Positions 40,935 to 51,200 of a stretch of DNA of 64,000 nt are shown in pieces (position 1 is the stretch's first letter; each line of letters begins with the position of its first letter). The position numbers and the translations under genes are program-made. The notes beneath the pieces are model-generated. The model saw nothing but the letters and a program-made list of their open reading frames with translations. It did not search any database and was not told the origin of the DNA. The stretch comes from Clostridiales bacterium (lineage in GTDB: Bacteria; Bacillota; Clostridia; Christensenellales; Borkfalkiaceae): contig SVHO01000005.1 in NCBI GenBank assembly GCA_015055725.1, positions 76 to 64,075 of the forward strand. Direction: 5' to 3'.

Positions 40935-42026
40935 TTATTCTTCTTTTCCTTCAACAACTGAGTTAGTTGCAAATCTTCTAACCGATTCAATCGCATTGGT
41001 GCAAGATTCCAAGGTATCGTAAGCTTCACCTATGCAGATAACCGATTTTTGCGCGTTGCGGAGTTTATAATAAAATCTGCCGAATTTATCTTTATCAATA
41101 ATAAAATTGCCTTCAGCCGAATTCTTTTTCACCGAAGCGATTGCGTTAACCGCGCTTTTTTCAAGCGCAACTTCTTCTGTTGCAAGCATAAGTTGACCGT
41201 TGCTTGCGTAAAGTTTAGCAGAATAATTGCCGTCTGCAGTTTTTTCCACACGCCATTTTCCGCGCGCACCTTTTTTGGCGTCCGTTTGAGCGGGAACGTA
41301 ATCAATATAGTGCGTGCCTTCAACTAATTCGTCAACGACGGTTGACTCTTTTGCTATGCGCTTAACCGATTCAACAGCCTTTAAGCATCTATCTTTTGAC
41401 TTATAAATTTCACCAACGCATAAAAGCCTGTTATTTGCTGTTTTAAGTTTATAATAATAATTGCCGTTTTTATCTTGATATACAACGAATTTGCCGTTGT
41501 CAACACCCCTGATAATAGTTGCGATGCCACCCCTTGCGCCTTCTTCCGTGGTATAAATTTCACTTGAAAGCATAATTTCACCGTTAGACGCTAAGAGTTT
41601 AGACAAATATTCGCCGTGCCCCTTAAATTCAACGACCCACTTTCCGAATTTCTTTTTAGGTTGCTTTTCTTCTTCAACAACCTTTTTAGCGGGTGCTTTT
41701 TTAACGGGTTTTTTCTCTTCAACTTTAATTTCTGTTGTAGGTTGCTCGATAGCCTTTTTCGTTTCAACAGGTTGCTCTAAAACAACTTCTTCTTTTACCT
41801 CAAGTGCTTTTTCTTCAACAATAGGTTTATCTTCAACTTTAACTTCAACCTTTTGCGCCTTTTTCTTTTTGTTTTTAATAACTGCGCGAATAATCAAAAA
41901 AGTTATCAATCCAACAAAAAGAATAACTAAGCCAAGCCCTATCCAAGCCACAGTGTAGAAAGGAATAGAAGTTAAATCAGAAAGATACGTGCAAATCTTA
42001 GCAATAAATTCTTTAATTTTATCCAT
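40935..42026 (-). CDS. membrane-anchored protein with four YegP/DUF1508 repeats
   Basis: N-terminal TM helix and a Lys/Glu/Val/Pro-rich spacer of about 75 aa. Four repeats of the DUF1508 pattern follow (W..E.......Y..KL.A.NG....SSE.Y....... and variants, e.g. NGNYYYKLKTANNRLLCVGEIYKSKDRC). Confidence 0.75.
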   Translation of the reverse strand: MDKIKEFIAKICTYLSDLTSIPFYTVAWIGLGLVILFVGLITFLIIRAVIKNKKKKAQKVEVKVEDKPIVEEKALEVKEEVVLEQPVETKKAIEQPTTEIKVEEKKPVKKAPAKKVVEEEKQPKKKFGKWVVEFKGHGEYLSKLLASNGEIMLSSEIYTTEEGARGGIATIIRGVDNGKFVVYQDKNGNYYYKLKTANNRLLCVGEIYKSKDRCLKAVESVKRIAKESTVVDELVEGTHYIDYVPAQTDAKKGARGKWRVEKTADGNYSAKLYASNGQLMLATEEVALEKSAVNAIASVKKNSAEGNFIIDKDKFGRFYYKLRNAQKSVICIGEAYDTLESCTNAIESVRRFATNSVVEGKEE

Positions 42027-42160
42027 AGTTTATCTCCTTTACGTTCTTTAAATATAATATTAGCACACTTTTACCAAAAGTGCAATATAAAAACCAAATT
42101 TTTAACTAGATAAGATAAAAGCGCGAATTAGTCCGCGCAGTTTATCAAAGCCTTTTATTT

Positions 42161-43009
42161 CTATTTATTTTCGCCGTCGTTAAAATAAAGAATACCCAAA
42201 GTGTTTCCACCACAATGGCTTGAAATGGTGCAACCTGCAAAAGATTGATAAATATTCTTAAATCCTGCATGTTCACACCATTCCCTTGCTTGAGCAATCA
42301 TTTCAGGCGTTGCAGACGAATAAGTGATAAAAACTTTATCAAGGTCTGGCGTGTTAAATTCGTTTAGCGTTTCTTCACAATATTTTCCAATAACTTTGCC
42401 CATAGGTCCACGGTATTTTTTATCCGAACCCATTTTCCCGTTTTTCACGACTATTCTTGGGCGAATTTTCAAAATGTTTGCGCCGAGCAATGCAAGCGCG
42501 TTGCATCTTCCGCCCTTATATAAATAATCAAGCCTTTCAACAACGAAACTTACTTGTAATTTTTCTTTTCTTTGCTCAACTTTATCAGCAATTTCTTTTG
42601 CTGATAAACCTTGAAGAGCAAGTTCCCTTGCGTAAAGCGCTAATAAACCGATACCCGTTGACAAACTTAAACTATCTATAACGAAAACGTTTTCAACGTC
42701 TTTAGATGCGTTTATTGCGTTTTGGCATGAACAAGAAAGCCCGCTTGATAAACAAATATGAACAACAGCGTCGTATTCCTTTTTTAAACTTTCAAAATAT
42801 TCGGTATATTCATATTGATTTATTGCGTTAGTTTTTGGCAAAACACCCGTTTTATTAACGTATTCAAAAATTTCGGTTGTGGTTATCTCACCGTCTTTAT
42901 AAACTTGGTCGCCTAAAATAATTTGATAAGGGATAACTTTAATATCGTATTGTTCTAATAATTCTTTAGTTAAATCGTTAGTAGACTCAACTGAAACTGC
43001 TATTTTCAT
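42161..43009 (-). CDS. DegV-family fatty-acid-binding protein
   Basis: Start at MKIAVSVESTNDL (ATG 43009). DegV pattern throughout. Confidence 0.85.
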   Translation of the reverse strand: MKIAVSVESTNDLTKELLEQYDIKVIPYQIILGDQVYKDGEITTTEIFEYVNKTGVLPKTNAINQYEYTEYFESLKKEYDAVVHICLSSGLSCSCQNAINASKDVENVFVIDSLSLSTGIGLLALYARELALQGLSAKEIADKVEQRKEKLQVSFVVERLDYLYKGGRCNALALLGANILKIRPRIVVKNGKMGSDKKYRGPMGKVIGKYCEETLNEFNTPDLDKVFITYSSATPEMIAQAREWCEHAGFKNIYQSFAGCTISSHCGGNTLGILYFNDGENK

Positions 43010-43227
43010 AATAAAAACTTCAAACTCCGAGTATAATTTCAAAATAATTTTTAACTATTTTATCATATTTTGAACTATATTTCAACCAAATAATGAGACA
43101 ATTATCGCTTATTTTTGCGAGCGCATAAAAATTTTTCAAATAAAATACTTGCTTTAATTATATAAATGAGTTATCATATTTGTATTGACAAGTAAAAATT
43201 AAGTTTTACGGCTATTAGGAGTACAAA

Positions 43228-44565
43228 ATGGACAAAATTAGCGGAAAAATAGTTTCAGACACTATATCTTTTTCGGAATTTAAAAAATACGACGGGCAAA
43301 TAGTTTCAATCCGTGGATACGTTCACCGCATACGTGAAATGACGGGTTTTTCATTCGTTATTATTAGAACGGCAAGAGACACGATTCAATGCGTTTACGC
43401 ACCAGAATTTTCAGATTACCGTTGGGACGAAAAAATTTGCGAAGAAGCGTGCGTTAAAGTTAAAGGTAAAGTCGTTTCAAGCAAAGATGCTAAGGGCAAC
43501 GATAGATATGAACTTCAAATACACGATATAAAAATTCTTTCTCTCCCTGCGGATAGATTGCCTATCGTTATCAATAAAAAGCAACTTGATAACATTGGTC
43601 TTTCAACCGTTTTAGACTTACGCCCCGTTTCAATGCGCAACCCAAAAGAGCGTGCAATTTTTAAGTTGCAAGAAGGCATTGCCCGTGGTTTTAGGGAATA
43701 TTTAATGAAAGAAGGGTTCACCGAAATCCGCTCACCAAAAATCGTTTTTGCTGGTGCGGAAGGTGGAACGAATATATTTAAGTTGGATTATTTTGGCAAG
43801 CAAGTTTACCTTGCGCAATCTCCCCAACTTTATAAGCAAGCACTTGTTGGCGTTTACGAACGCGTGTTTGAAATTGCGCCCGTTTTCCGTGCAGAGCATC
43901 ACGACACGTCTCGCCACCTTAACGAATACACTTCTATGGACTTTGAAATGGGCTTTATAAACAGTTATGAAGACATTATGAATATGGAAGTTGGCGTTCT
44001 TAAATATATTATGAACTTGCTCAAGACCGAATATAGTGAAGAAGTTGAACTTTTGCACGCGGATATCCCTGAAATTAACGAAGTTCCCGTTATGAAGTTT
44101 ATGGACGCAAAAGAATTGCTTATGACAAAGTTTAAATATAAACCGCAAGATATGAAAGACTTTGACCCTGCAGAAGAAGAACTTTTAGGCAAATACGCTA
44201 AAAAAGAACTTGGCAGTGACTTCATATTCATAACGCACTATCCGTCAAAGAAACGCCCCTTCTATACCAAAGACGACCCAACCGACCCAGAATACACACT
44301 CTCTTTTGACCTTTTGTTTAGGGGTATGGAAATAACTTCTGGCGGACAAAGAATAAACGATTATCACGAACAAGTTGAAAAAATGATTAAACTTGGCATG
44401 AACCCAGAAGAGTTTGACACTTACCTTATGCTTCATAAATACGGTGCACCACCACACGGCGGATTAGGTATCGGACTTGAAAGACTCACGATGCACATGC
44501 TCGGCGCTAAAAACGTTAGAGAAGCAACTATGTTCCCCCGCGACATCAACCGTGTAACCCCCTAA
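43228..44565 (+). CDS. aspS: aspartate--tRNA ligase, archaeal/eukaryal type 2
   Basis: 445 aa. OB-fold N-terminus and class IIb motifs (FRAEHHDTSRHLNEYTSMDFE, GGQRINDY, GLGIGLERL). The length and the HHDT-RHLNE block favour type-2 AspRS over AsnRS. Confidence 0.8.
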   Translation: MDKISGKIVSDTISFSEFKKYDGQIVSIRGYVHRIREMTGFSFVIIRTARDTIQCVYAPEFSDYRWDEKICEEACVKVKGKVVSSKDAKGNDRYELQIHDIKILSLPADRLPIVINKKQLDNIGLSTVLDLRPVSMRNPKERAIFKLQEGIARGFREYLMKEGFTEIRSPKIVFAGAEGGTNIFKLDYFGKQVYLAQSPQLYKQALVGVYERVFEIAPVFRAEHHDTSRHLNEYTSMDFEMGFINSYEDIMNMEVGVLKYIMNLLKTEYSEEVELLHADIPEINEVPVMKFMDAKELLMTKFKYKPQDMKDFDPAEEELLGKYAKKELGSDFIFITHYPSKKRPFYTKDDPTDPEYTLSFDLLFRGMEITSGGQRINDYHEQVEKMIKLGMNPEEFDTYLMLHKYGAPPHGGLGIGLERLTMHMLGAKNVREATMFPRDINRVTP

Positions 44566-44589
44566 AATAAATACAAAAAAATCTTTAAT

Positions 44590-44627
44590 TAAAAAACACC
44601 TTTGGAAATTTCCAAAGGTGTTTTCGT
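44590..44627. terminator. bidirectional terminator between aspS and the giant-protein operon
   Basis: Perfect 14-bp palindrome AACACCTTTGGAAA/TTTCCAAAGGTGTT flanked by an A-run and a T-run. Confidence 0.75.
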
Positions 44628-44640
44628 TTGTTAAATTTTA

Positions 44641-47600
44641 TTATTTGATTGTAATGGTTGAATCTGACATTGCAATTATTTCAAAATATGAAACACCGCC
44701 ATCCATAGTGATAGTTAAAGAGTAAGTTTGGCTTCCATATAACGTATAGTCAACTTCTGACATTTGTCTATATTTGCCATTGTCTTCCATACCGTTAGTA
44801 GACTTAACGAAGAAAGTTCCGTCGGTACGGATATCAATCCAATAAGTGTTGCCTTCAACGTCTGTATAAGTGTAAGTGATAAATTCTACAGGTTGGTCAA
44901 CGCTTGGAACGTCACTTCCACCCATATTAGGGGTGATAGTTCTGCTTGCTCTATCAATTATATATTCTCCACCTGCACAAGCGATTGTTTGCGCGTCAAC
45001 AACAACGTATGCAGATTTAGCCATAAACGGTCCGTTATAAATAATTGCAATTCCGTCTTCACCCAATTCAAAAGAGCCGAGATTCATACCGTCAACAACG
45101 TATGCATAATATCCAGCCATTTCTTTATGTTCAGGAACGACTTGAATATTTGAAACGTCAAAAGAATCCATAATCATGAAATATCCTTGAGCGATATCAA
45201 GCATAACGGTGTATCCTTTACCATCGTTGACGCCTAAATAAACTTGACCCATTTGACCAGGCATAATCATAGCAGAAATTTGCGTGCCACTTTCTTGATT
45301 GCCCATAGCAGTTGTATAAACGAATCCATTTTCATTAATAACGAGTGAAGAGCCGTCTTCCATCATAGAGATATAAGAACCAAACGCACTTTCAACGTCA
45401 TAACTCATTTCAGGATATTCAGCTGACGGACCGTCATTACCGCCCATATTTTGTGCAATAAACGAATTGGTTTCGGGGTCGTAAGTAAATTCAAGGCCAT
45501 CAGCTGCGCCCATCATTTCATCCATATAAAGGATAATTCCGGTATCGGTGAGCGAATATCTGCCCATCATACAAACTTTACCAACGCTGAGTTTTGCAAC
45601 TCCGTTATTGCAAAGGATAAGTGACATTTCCATAGGAGCATAGTCCATATTTACGTTGTAAGTTCCTGCAATTTGAGTAAATTCGTCAGATACCTTAAAA
45701 TCAGAACCGTCAAACATAGCGTCAAAATCAACTTCATCACCATAAATGCTTAAAAGAATTTGAGAATATTCGCCCGTTCTAACTTCAATTCCCCTATACA
45801 TTTTGTAATAAGGGCCAGAATAAGATTGGTCGTTAATATTTACGGTTGCAGTGCCATTTGTAAATTCAACGGTGCCCATAACGTATTTATTTTCATAACT
45901 TTCGTCATAACCAACTATGTTGAATTTGCCTTCAATTTCAATATCGCTAACCACAACGTAAACGTCAACACTTCCGCTAACCATATCAGATTTTTCCACA
46001 GGTCTGGTCAAAGCGTAGTCGTAATACAATTCGCCCATTTCAACGTAAGCACCGGCAATTTCGTCTTTCATGTTGTTCATTACGTGTTCGTATAAGTATT
46101 CATCTTGTGAAATATGAATTTGAGTATAACTATCGTAAGGAACGTATTGTCCGCCCATATCGTATAACACGTAAAGGTTATAATACGTTGATTGTGTTTC
46201 TCCACCACCCATATTTGTATCAACGGTGATTTCAATTCTATCGTATCCTTCAACGTAGAAGTCGTAATAATTTTTAGTTATATCGCCGTGTTGTTCACTG
46301 TAAATATTAGTCACCATTTCGGTTTCAAAGCCGAAAGACCTTAAAGCGTTCCAGATTATATTGTCGTATGGCGCGCCGTCGTCTTCATTCATTGGCATTC
46401 TAGCAATCTCTTCACCTCTGGTGTTTAGAACAACGATATAAACGTTTGCTTCATAATCTTCGCTTCCGCCATTATTTGCTGGTTCCCAAATACCTTTATC
46501 GTTAAGGATGAAATCTTGTGGTCTGCCAAACAAATATAAGGTCACACCGGTGTCATTAAGTTCATAATCATTATACATAATAATGCCTGCAAGTTCCATT
46601 TCCCAAACGCCGTTATCATAGAAAAAAGCAGAAACTAAACCAGGTCCGTCAGTAATTAAAACTTGTTTTTCACCTTGTATTTCTTTAAGCTCTTCTACCG
46701 TTTCATAGTTAGAGCCGTCAAAGAAATAGTTTAATATATACATTCCTTCATATTGATAGAAAGTGAATTGAACGAATGTGTCAACGGTAGCAATAATACT
46801 ACCACTCATATTTACGTAAGTTGCATTATATTTCTTATCGCCGTAAACGATTTGAACTTCTTCGCCACTAAAAGATAGTTTACCAACAGCAACGTTTTTA
46901 CCGTAGTCGTCCCTTTCGTAAAGGTCGTATTCACCGTCGATTGATGAAGTTTTTGCTATAACGTAAATAGTGATGTTTTCCTTAAACGTGTCGTTTTCAA
47001 CAACGGGGTTGCTAAATCCTTGGTCATAGAAAGCAACTACGTCCATTCCACTAAAATATTCTATAACGTATTCATTTATAAGCACCCCTTCTCTAACGTT
47101 GACAGGCACCGTAGCCATGTTTGAAAGTTCACCGTTAACTTCCATATAAACTTCAAACGTCACGGAGATTTCTTTTACTTCTTCGTTTCCGTTAGATATA
47201 GTCACGTAAACGCAAACGATATCGTTAGCATTAATGGTAAGGTTGCTTGCAAGTTCTTCGCTTTCATAACGTCCGTATACGTTTGAACTTACGCCATTAT
47301 AAGCCGTAATATTATATTGCCTTTCTAATTTTTCAAACAAAGGTTGGCAAACTTCCCCATAGGTTTGCCCTTGTTTAGCCCTCGTCTCTACACTGTGGAA
47401 CTTGTTGCCATCTTGGTCGTAAACCATAATAGTTAACGAATAGGTATCAACCGTGCCACTTCCCCCACCGATATTTTCAAGTGAAGAAAGTTCGCCAACT
47501 AAATACATTTGAATATATTGACAGTCTTTAACGTTAATTGAGCCGTCGTTATTGATATCGCAAACGTAAATTAAATCGTCACCCAAACTTACGTTTTCAA

Positions 47601-48219
47601 TTATGTATCTTTGGAGTTGAATTAAGTCTTGCAAATTGATATAGCCGTTAAAGTCAACGTCACCTTTAAGGTTTGTTTGTTCTTGCTTAGCTGAAACGTA
47701 AATATCACCAAAATAGATGCCATAATTTACGTCGTTTGCTTTGTCATCAACGAAAAAAGTCTCAATATCGCTACCATGAGAAAAACTCGTGATAAAATCG
47801 CCTCCATGGTTTAACTCAAAGTCAACGTACATTAAATCAACGTTTCCAGCATAGCTGTAAGCAGATGAATATATAACGTTAAACCCTGTATCCGTGTAAA
47901 CAAAACTAAAACTATCAGTTTCGTTTTTAGACATCTCTTCACTTACACGAACGTTAGTGACTCTAAGTGATTGGGGAACGTCTATACTTATTTGGTAAGA
48001 CGCTATACCGCTCGTTTCGGCATAAATCCTTGCCGTATGAACCGTATTTAAATCACTTTCAATGTTCATAGTGTCAGAATAAACGTTCACGTATGAACTG
48101 GTTGTTTCCGTTGTAGAATAATCCGCAGCGGAAACGGTTGCTATAGCGCCACCCAACGCGCTAAACGAAAGCACGAGAGCAACGACTAATGAAAAAAGTC
48201 TTTTCTTAAAATTTTCCAT
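44641..48219 (-). CDS. giant secreted protein 3: cohesin-like module, then dockerin, then about 940 aa of unknown modules
   Basis: Start at ATG 48219 (AGGAG plus 7 nt). Signal peptide ends ...ATVSA-ADY. Two-segment dockerin GDVDFNGYINLQDLIQLQRYI / CDINNDGSINVKDCQYIQMYL at nt 47494-47664. A cohesin-like beta pattern lies at nt 47689-48093. The remaining modules are separated by N(M/I/N)GG linkers. Confidence 0.8.
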   Translation of the reverse strand: MENFKKRLFSLVVALVLSFSALGGAIATVSAADYSTTETTSSYVNVYSDTMNIESDLNTVHTARIYAETSGIASYQISIDVPQSLRVTNVRVSEEMSKNETDSFSFVYTDTGFNVIYSSAYSYAGNVDLMYVDFELNHGGDFITSFSHGSDIETFFVDDKANDVNYGIYFGDIYVSAKQEQTNLKGDVDFNGYINLQDLIQLQRYIIENVSLGDDLIYVCDINNDGSINVKDCQYIQMYLVGELSSLENIGGGSGTVDTYSLTIMVYDQDGNKFHSVETRAKQGQTYGEVCQPLFEKLERQYNITAYNGVSSNVYGRYESEELASNLTINANDIVCVYVTISNGNEEVKEISVTFEVYMEVNGELSNMATVPVNVREGVLINEYVIEYFSGMDVVAFYDQGFSNPVVENDTFKENITIYVIAKTSSIDGEYDLYERDDYGKNVAVGKLSFSGEEVQIVYGDKKYNATYVNMSGSIIATVDTFVQFTFYQYEGMYILNYFFDGSNYETVEELKEIQGEKQVLITDGPGLVSAFFYDNGVWEMELAGIIMYNDYELNDTGVTLYLFGRPQDFILNDKGIWEPANNGGSEDYEANVYIVVLNTRGEEIARMPMNEDDGAPYDNIIWNALRSFGFETEMVTNIYSEQHGDITKNYYDFYVEGYDRIEITVDTNMGGGETQSTYYNLYVLYDMGGQYVPYDSYTQIHISQDEYLYEHVMNNMKDEIAGAYVEMGELYYDYALTRPVEKSDMVSGSVDVYVVVSDIEIEGKFNIVGYDESYENKYVMGTVEFTNGTATVNINDQSYSGPYYKMYRGIEVRTGEYSQILLSIYGDEVDFDAMFDGSDFKVSDEFTQIAGTYNVNMDYAPMEMSLILCNNGVAKLSVGKVCMMGRYSLTDTGIILYMDEMMGAADGLEFTYDPETNSFIAQNMGGNDGPSAEYPEMSYDVESAFGSYISMMEDGSSLVINENGFVYTTAMGNQESGTQISAMIMPGQMGQVYLGVNDGKGYTVMLDIAQGYFMIMDSFDVSNIQVVPEHKEMAGYYAYVVDGMNLGSFELGEDGIAIIYNGPFMAKSAYVVVDAQTIACAGGEYIIDRASRTITPNMGGSDVPSVDQPVEFITYTYTDVEGNTYWIDIRTDGTFFVKSTNGMEDNGKYRQMSEVDYTLYGSQTYSLTITMDGGVSYFEIIAMSDSTITIK

Positions 48220-48257
48220 TTTACTTCTCCTTTTTGAATTTTTCATATTTGACTTTT

Positions 48258-51200
48258 TTATTTTTCAACGTAGTCTATCACGAAATCGGTTTGTACGATT
48301 TGACCGTCTTCATTGATAACGTACATTTCTTCTATAATAACGTTTAGTTTTGCCATATCAAAACTGTTTGCATCAAACAAGAACGTCATAATATGCGTTT
48401 GTTCGGTGGTATTTTCACCCTTTGACCAAACGAACTTAACGAACTGTCCGTTATTGTAAGCATATGAATATTCGTCCGTGTAAGCACCGCCAAACGCCAT
48501 ATCATTAAAGTCAATTCTGCCTAAAAGACCTGCAAAGTTAACTTTACCTTTAATTTCAACGTCAACTTGAACGTTGCCCCTTCCGTCGTTAGAAACGTTA
48601 ACTACCACGTTATTGTCTTTAAGTTCGATAGTAGTTATATTTCCGTCAATTCTAACGTCTTCACTCGGCATAATTTCAGGTGCGTTTTGCCAACCGCTAA
48701 ACACTTGGTTTTCACTAAGCTCAGGCGCATCTATTAAAGTGATTTGTTCGCCTTCAAGAACTTTATCGGTATAATAAATTTGACCGTCAACGTAATAGTT
48801 AACTTGATAGAATTTCTTTATAACCGCATCAATTCTAACGTCTTCGCTCGGCATAAGTTCAGGTGCTTTGCCCCACGCAACGAAGAAGATATTTTCATCT
48901 AAATCGTCAGGTGCGCCGATTAAAGTGATTTCGTCGCCTTCAAGAACTTTCTCAGTGTAATATATAGAACCTGCAACGAAGTATGAAACTTCAAAATATC
49001 TCTTGATTATCGCGTTAACAACGATATCTTCTTCTGGCATAATTTCAGGCGCTTTTTCCCACGCAACGAAGAAGATGTTTTCATCTATATCGCTTGGCGC
49101 ATCAATTAAAGTTATTTTATCACCGGCAAGAACTTTATCCGTGTGACACAAACTGCCGTTTACGTAATAACTAATTTGGTAATATACCCTAATAATTGCG
49201 TCTACTCTTACTGATTGTTCGGGCATTATTTCTGGAACTTCAGTCCAACCACCAAAGTATAAGTTTTCATCTAAGTTGCTCGGCTTACCAATTAAAGTTA
49301 TCTTATCGCCTGCAAGAACTTTATCCGTGTGGTATAAATCACCGTTCACGAAATAGTTAACTTGATAATAATTTTTAACTATAGCGTCAACTCTAACTGC
49401 ACGTTCAGGCATAATTTCAGGAACTTCAGTCCAACCAACGAAGTATAAGTTTTCGTCTAAATCACTTGGCTCACCAATTAAAACGATTTCTTCACCTTCA
49501 AGAACTTTATCCGTTAAATATAGATTTCCTTCTACATAATAGTTAAGTTGATAATATCTCTTAATAACCGCGTCAACTCTAACGTTGTTCTTGGGCATAG
49601 TTTGTGGTGCGGAAGACCATTCAACGAAGCAGATATATTCGTCTATGTCCGTAGGAGCATCTATTAAAACGATTTCATCGCCTTCCTTAATTTGAACGCT
49701 TTGATAAATCACGCCGTCAACGTAATATGAAAGTGTGAAATATTGCAACTTATAAGTCGTTGCAAACACAACGAGACTTTGTGCAGGCATAATTTCAGGA
49801 ACTTCAGACCAGCCTGAGAATATAACGTCTTCATCATCGTAAGTGGGTTGGTCAATCAAAATAATTTGAGTGTTATATTCAACTGATTGAGTTTTATAAA
49901 GCATACCGTTTACGTAATAATAAACGTTATAAGACAACGGGCTAAATTGCGCGTATACGTTAGTTTGTGCTTTTATAGGCGTTGCGTAATCGAAAACGCT
50001 TTGGTCTTCGTTAGTCCAACCGACGAACTTATAACCCATTTTTTCAGGAGTGCCCACGATTGACGCCCTTAAACCATAATTTACTTGTTGAATAGCAACA
50101 ACGTTTTCGCCGTTATAGAAAGTCACGGTGAACGTTTTAATCTTGTAAACGGCAGATATTGTCATATCTTTGGTTATCTTTTCATAATTTGCGTTCCAAC
50201 CGTCAAAAATATAGCCTTCTCTTTCGGTGTCGGTTGGTGCAACTGCGTCTTTAAGATAAGTGACTAATTGAACGTCCGTTTTATCGCCATATTCAAAAGT
50301 GACTTTATAAGTGTTAATTTCAAAGACTGCGTTAACGGTTAAATCACCTTTAACTTCAACAAACGATTTATCCCAACCCTTAAAGGTGTAGCCTTCTTTA
50401 ACGGGATTTGCAGGTGCTATTGCGCTTGCGTCTTCGCTAACGACTTGTTCTTTGCCGTAAAGAACGCCGTCAACCCTAAATTCTACCGTGTAGGTGACTG
50501 CAGGTTTTACTTCCCACTTAGCGTAAAGCATAAAATCCGTCGTGACACCAAGTGAAAAGTCATAAGGCAAGGTGAACTCTTTATCTAAATACCAGCCGAT
50601 GAAAACGTGATTTTCTTTATCGTAAAGTTTTAACGGCGCGGTTTCTCCGTATTTCAATTCTACGTTATCAATTATTTGAAACGAGCCTTTTTCAACTTCT
50701 TCCCTATAAGTGACTTCGTAAGTTCTTTGTTCGTAATTAGTGAAGAGTATGGTATCTTGCGTTATGTTTTTATAATGCTGACCAATAGTTTCACCGTCGC
50801 TCCAACCCAAGAAGTCATAACCTTCTTTTTCAGCGAGAACGGGCACTTTTGCATCTTTGCCATATTCAACGTATTGAATAGCACCAACTCTCTTGCTACC
50901 GTTATAGAAGATAACAACGAACGTTTGAGCGCGGAATTTTGCGGTGACAACGATATCTTTATCAATATTTTTAAATCCGATATCCCAACCGTCAAATTCT
51001 TTGCCTTCGGGAATTCTAATCTTATCTAAATCGGGTTCTTTTGCGTTTTGACCATATTTAACCGTTTGAACTTCTATTTCACCCTCATCATCAACGAAAG
51101 TGACGGTGTAAGACATAATAGAGAATATAGGATAAACGTCTAAATCGCGCGTGACTGACGAAAAGTCTTGTGTCCAACGCAAGAATTCATAACCTTCTCT

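Noticed and set aside
43043-43227. A T-box leader upstream of aspS.
   Set aside because: The gap is only 185 nt. It has no GGTGGTACCGCG-like T-box sequence, no specifier-loop architecture and no terminator/antiterminator pair.
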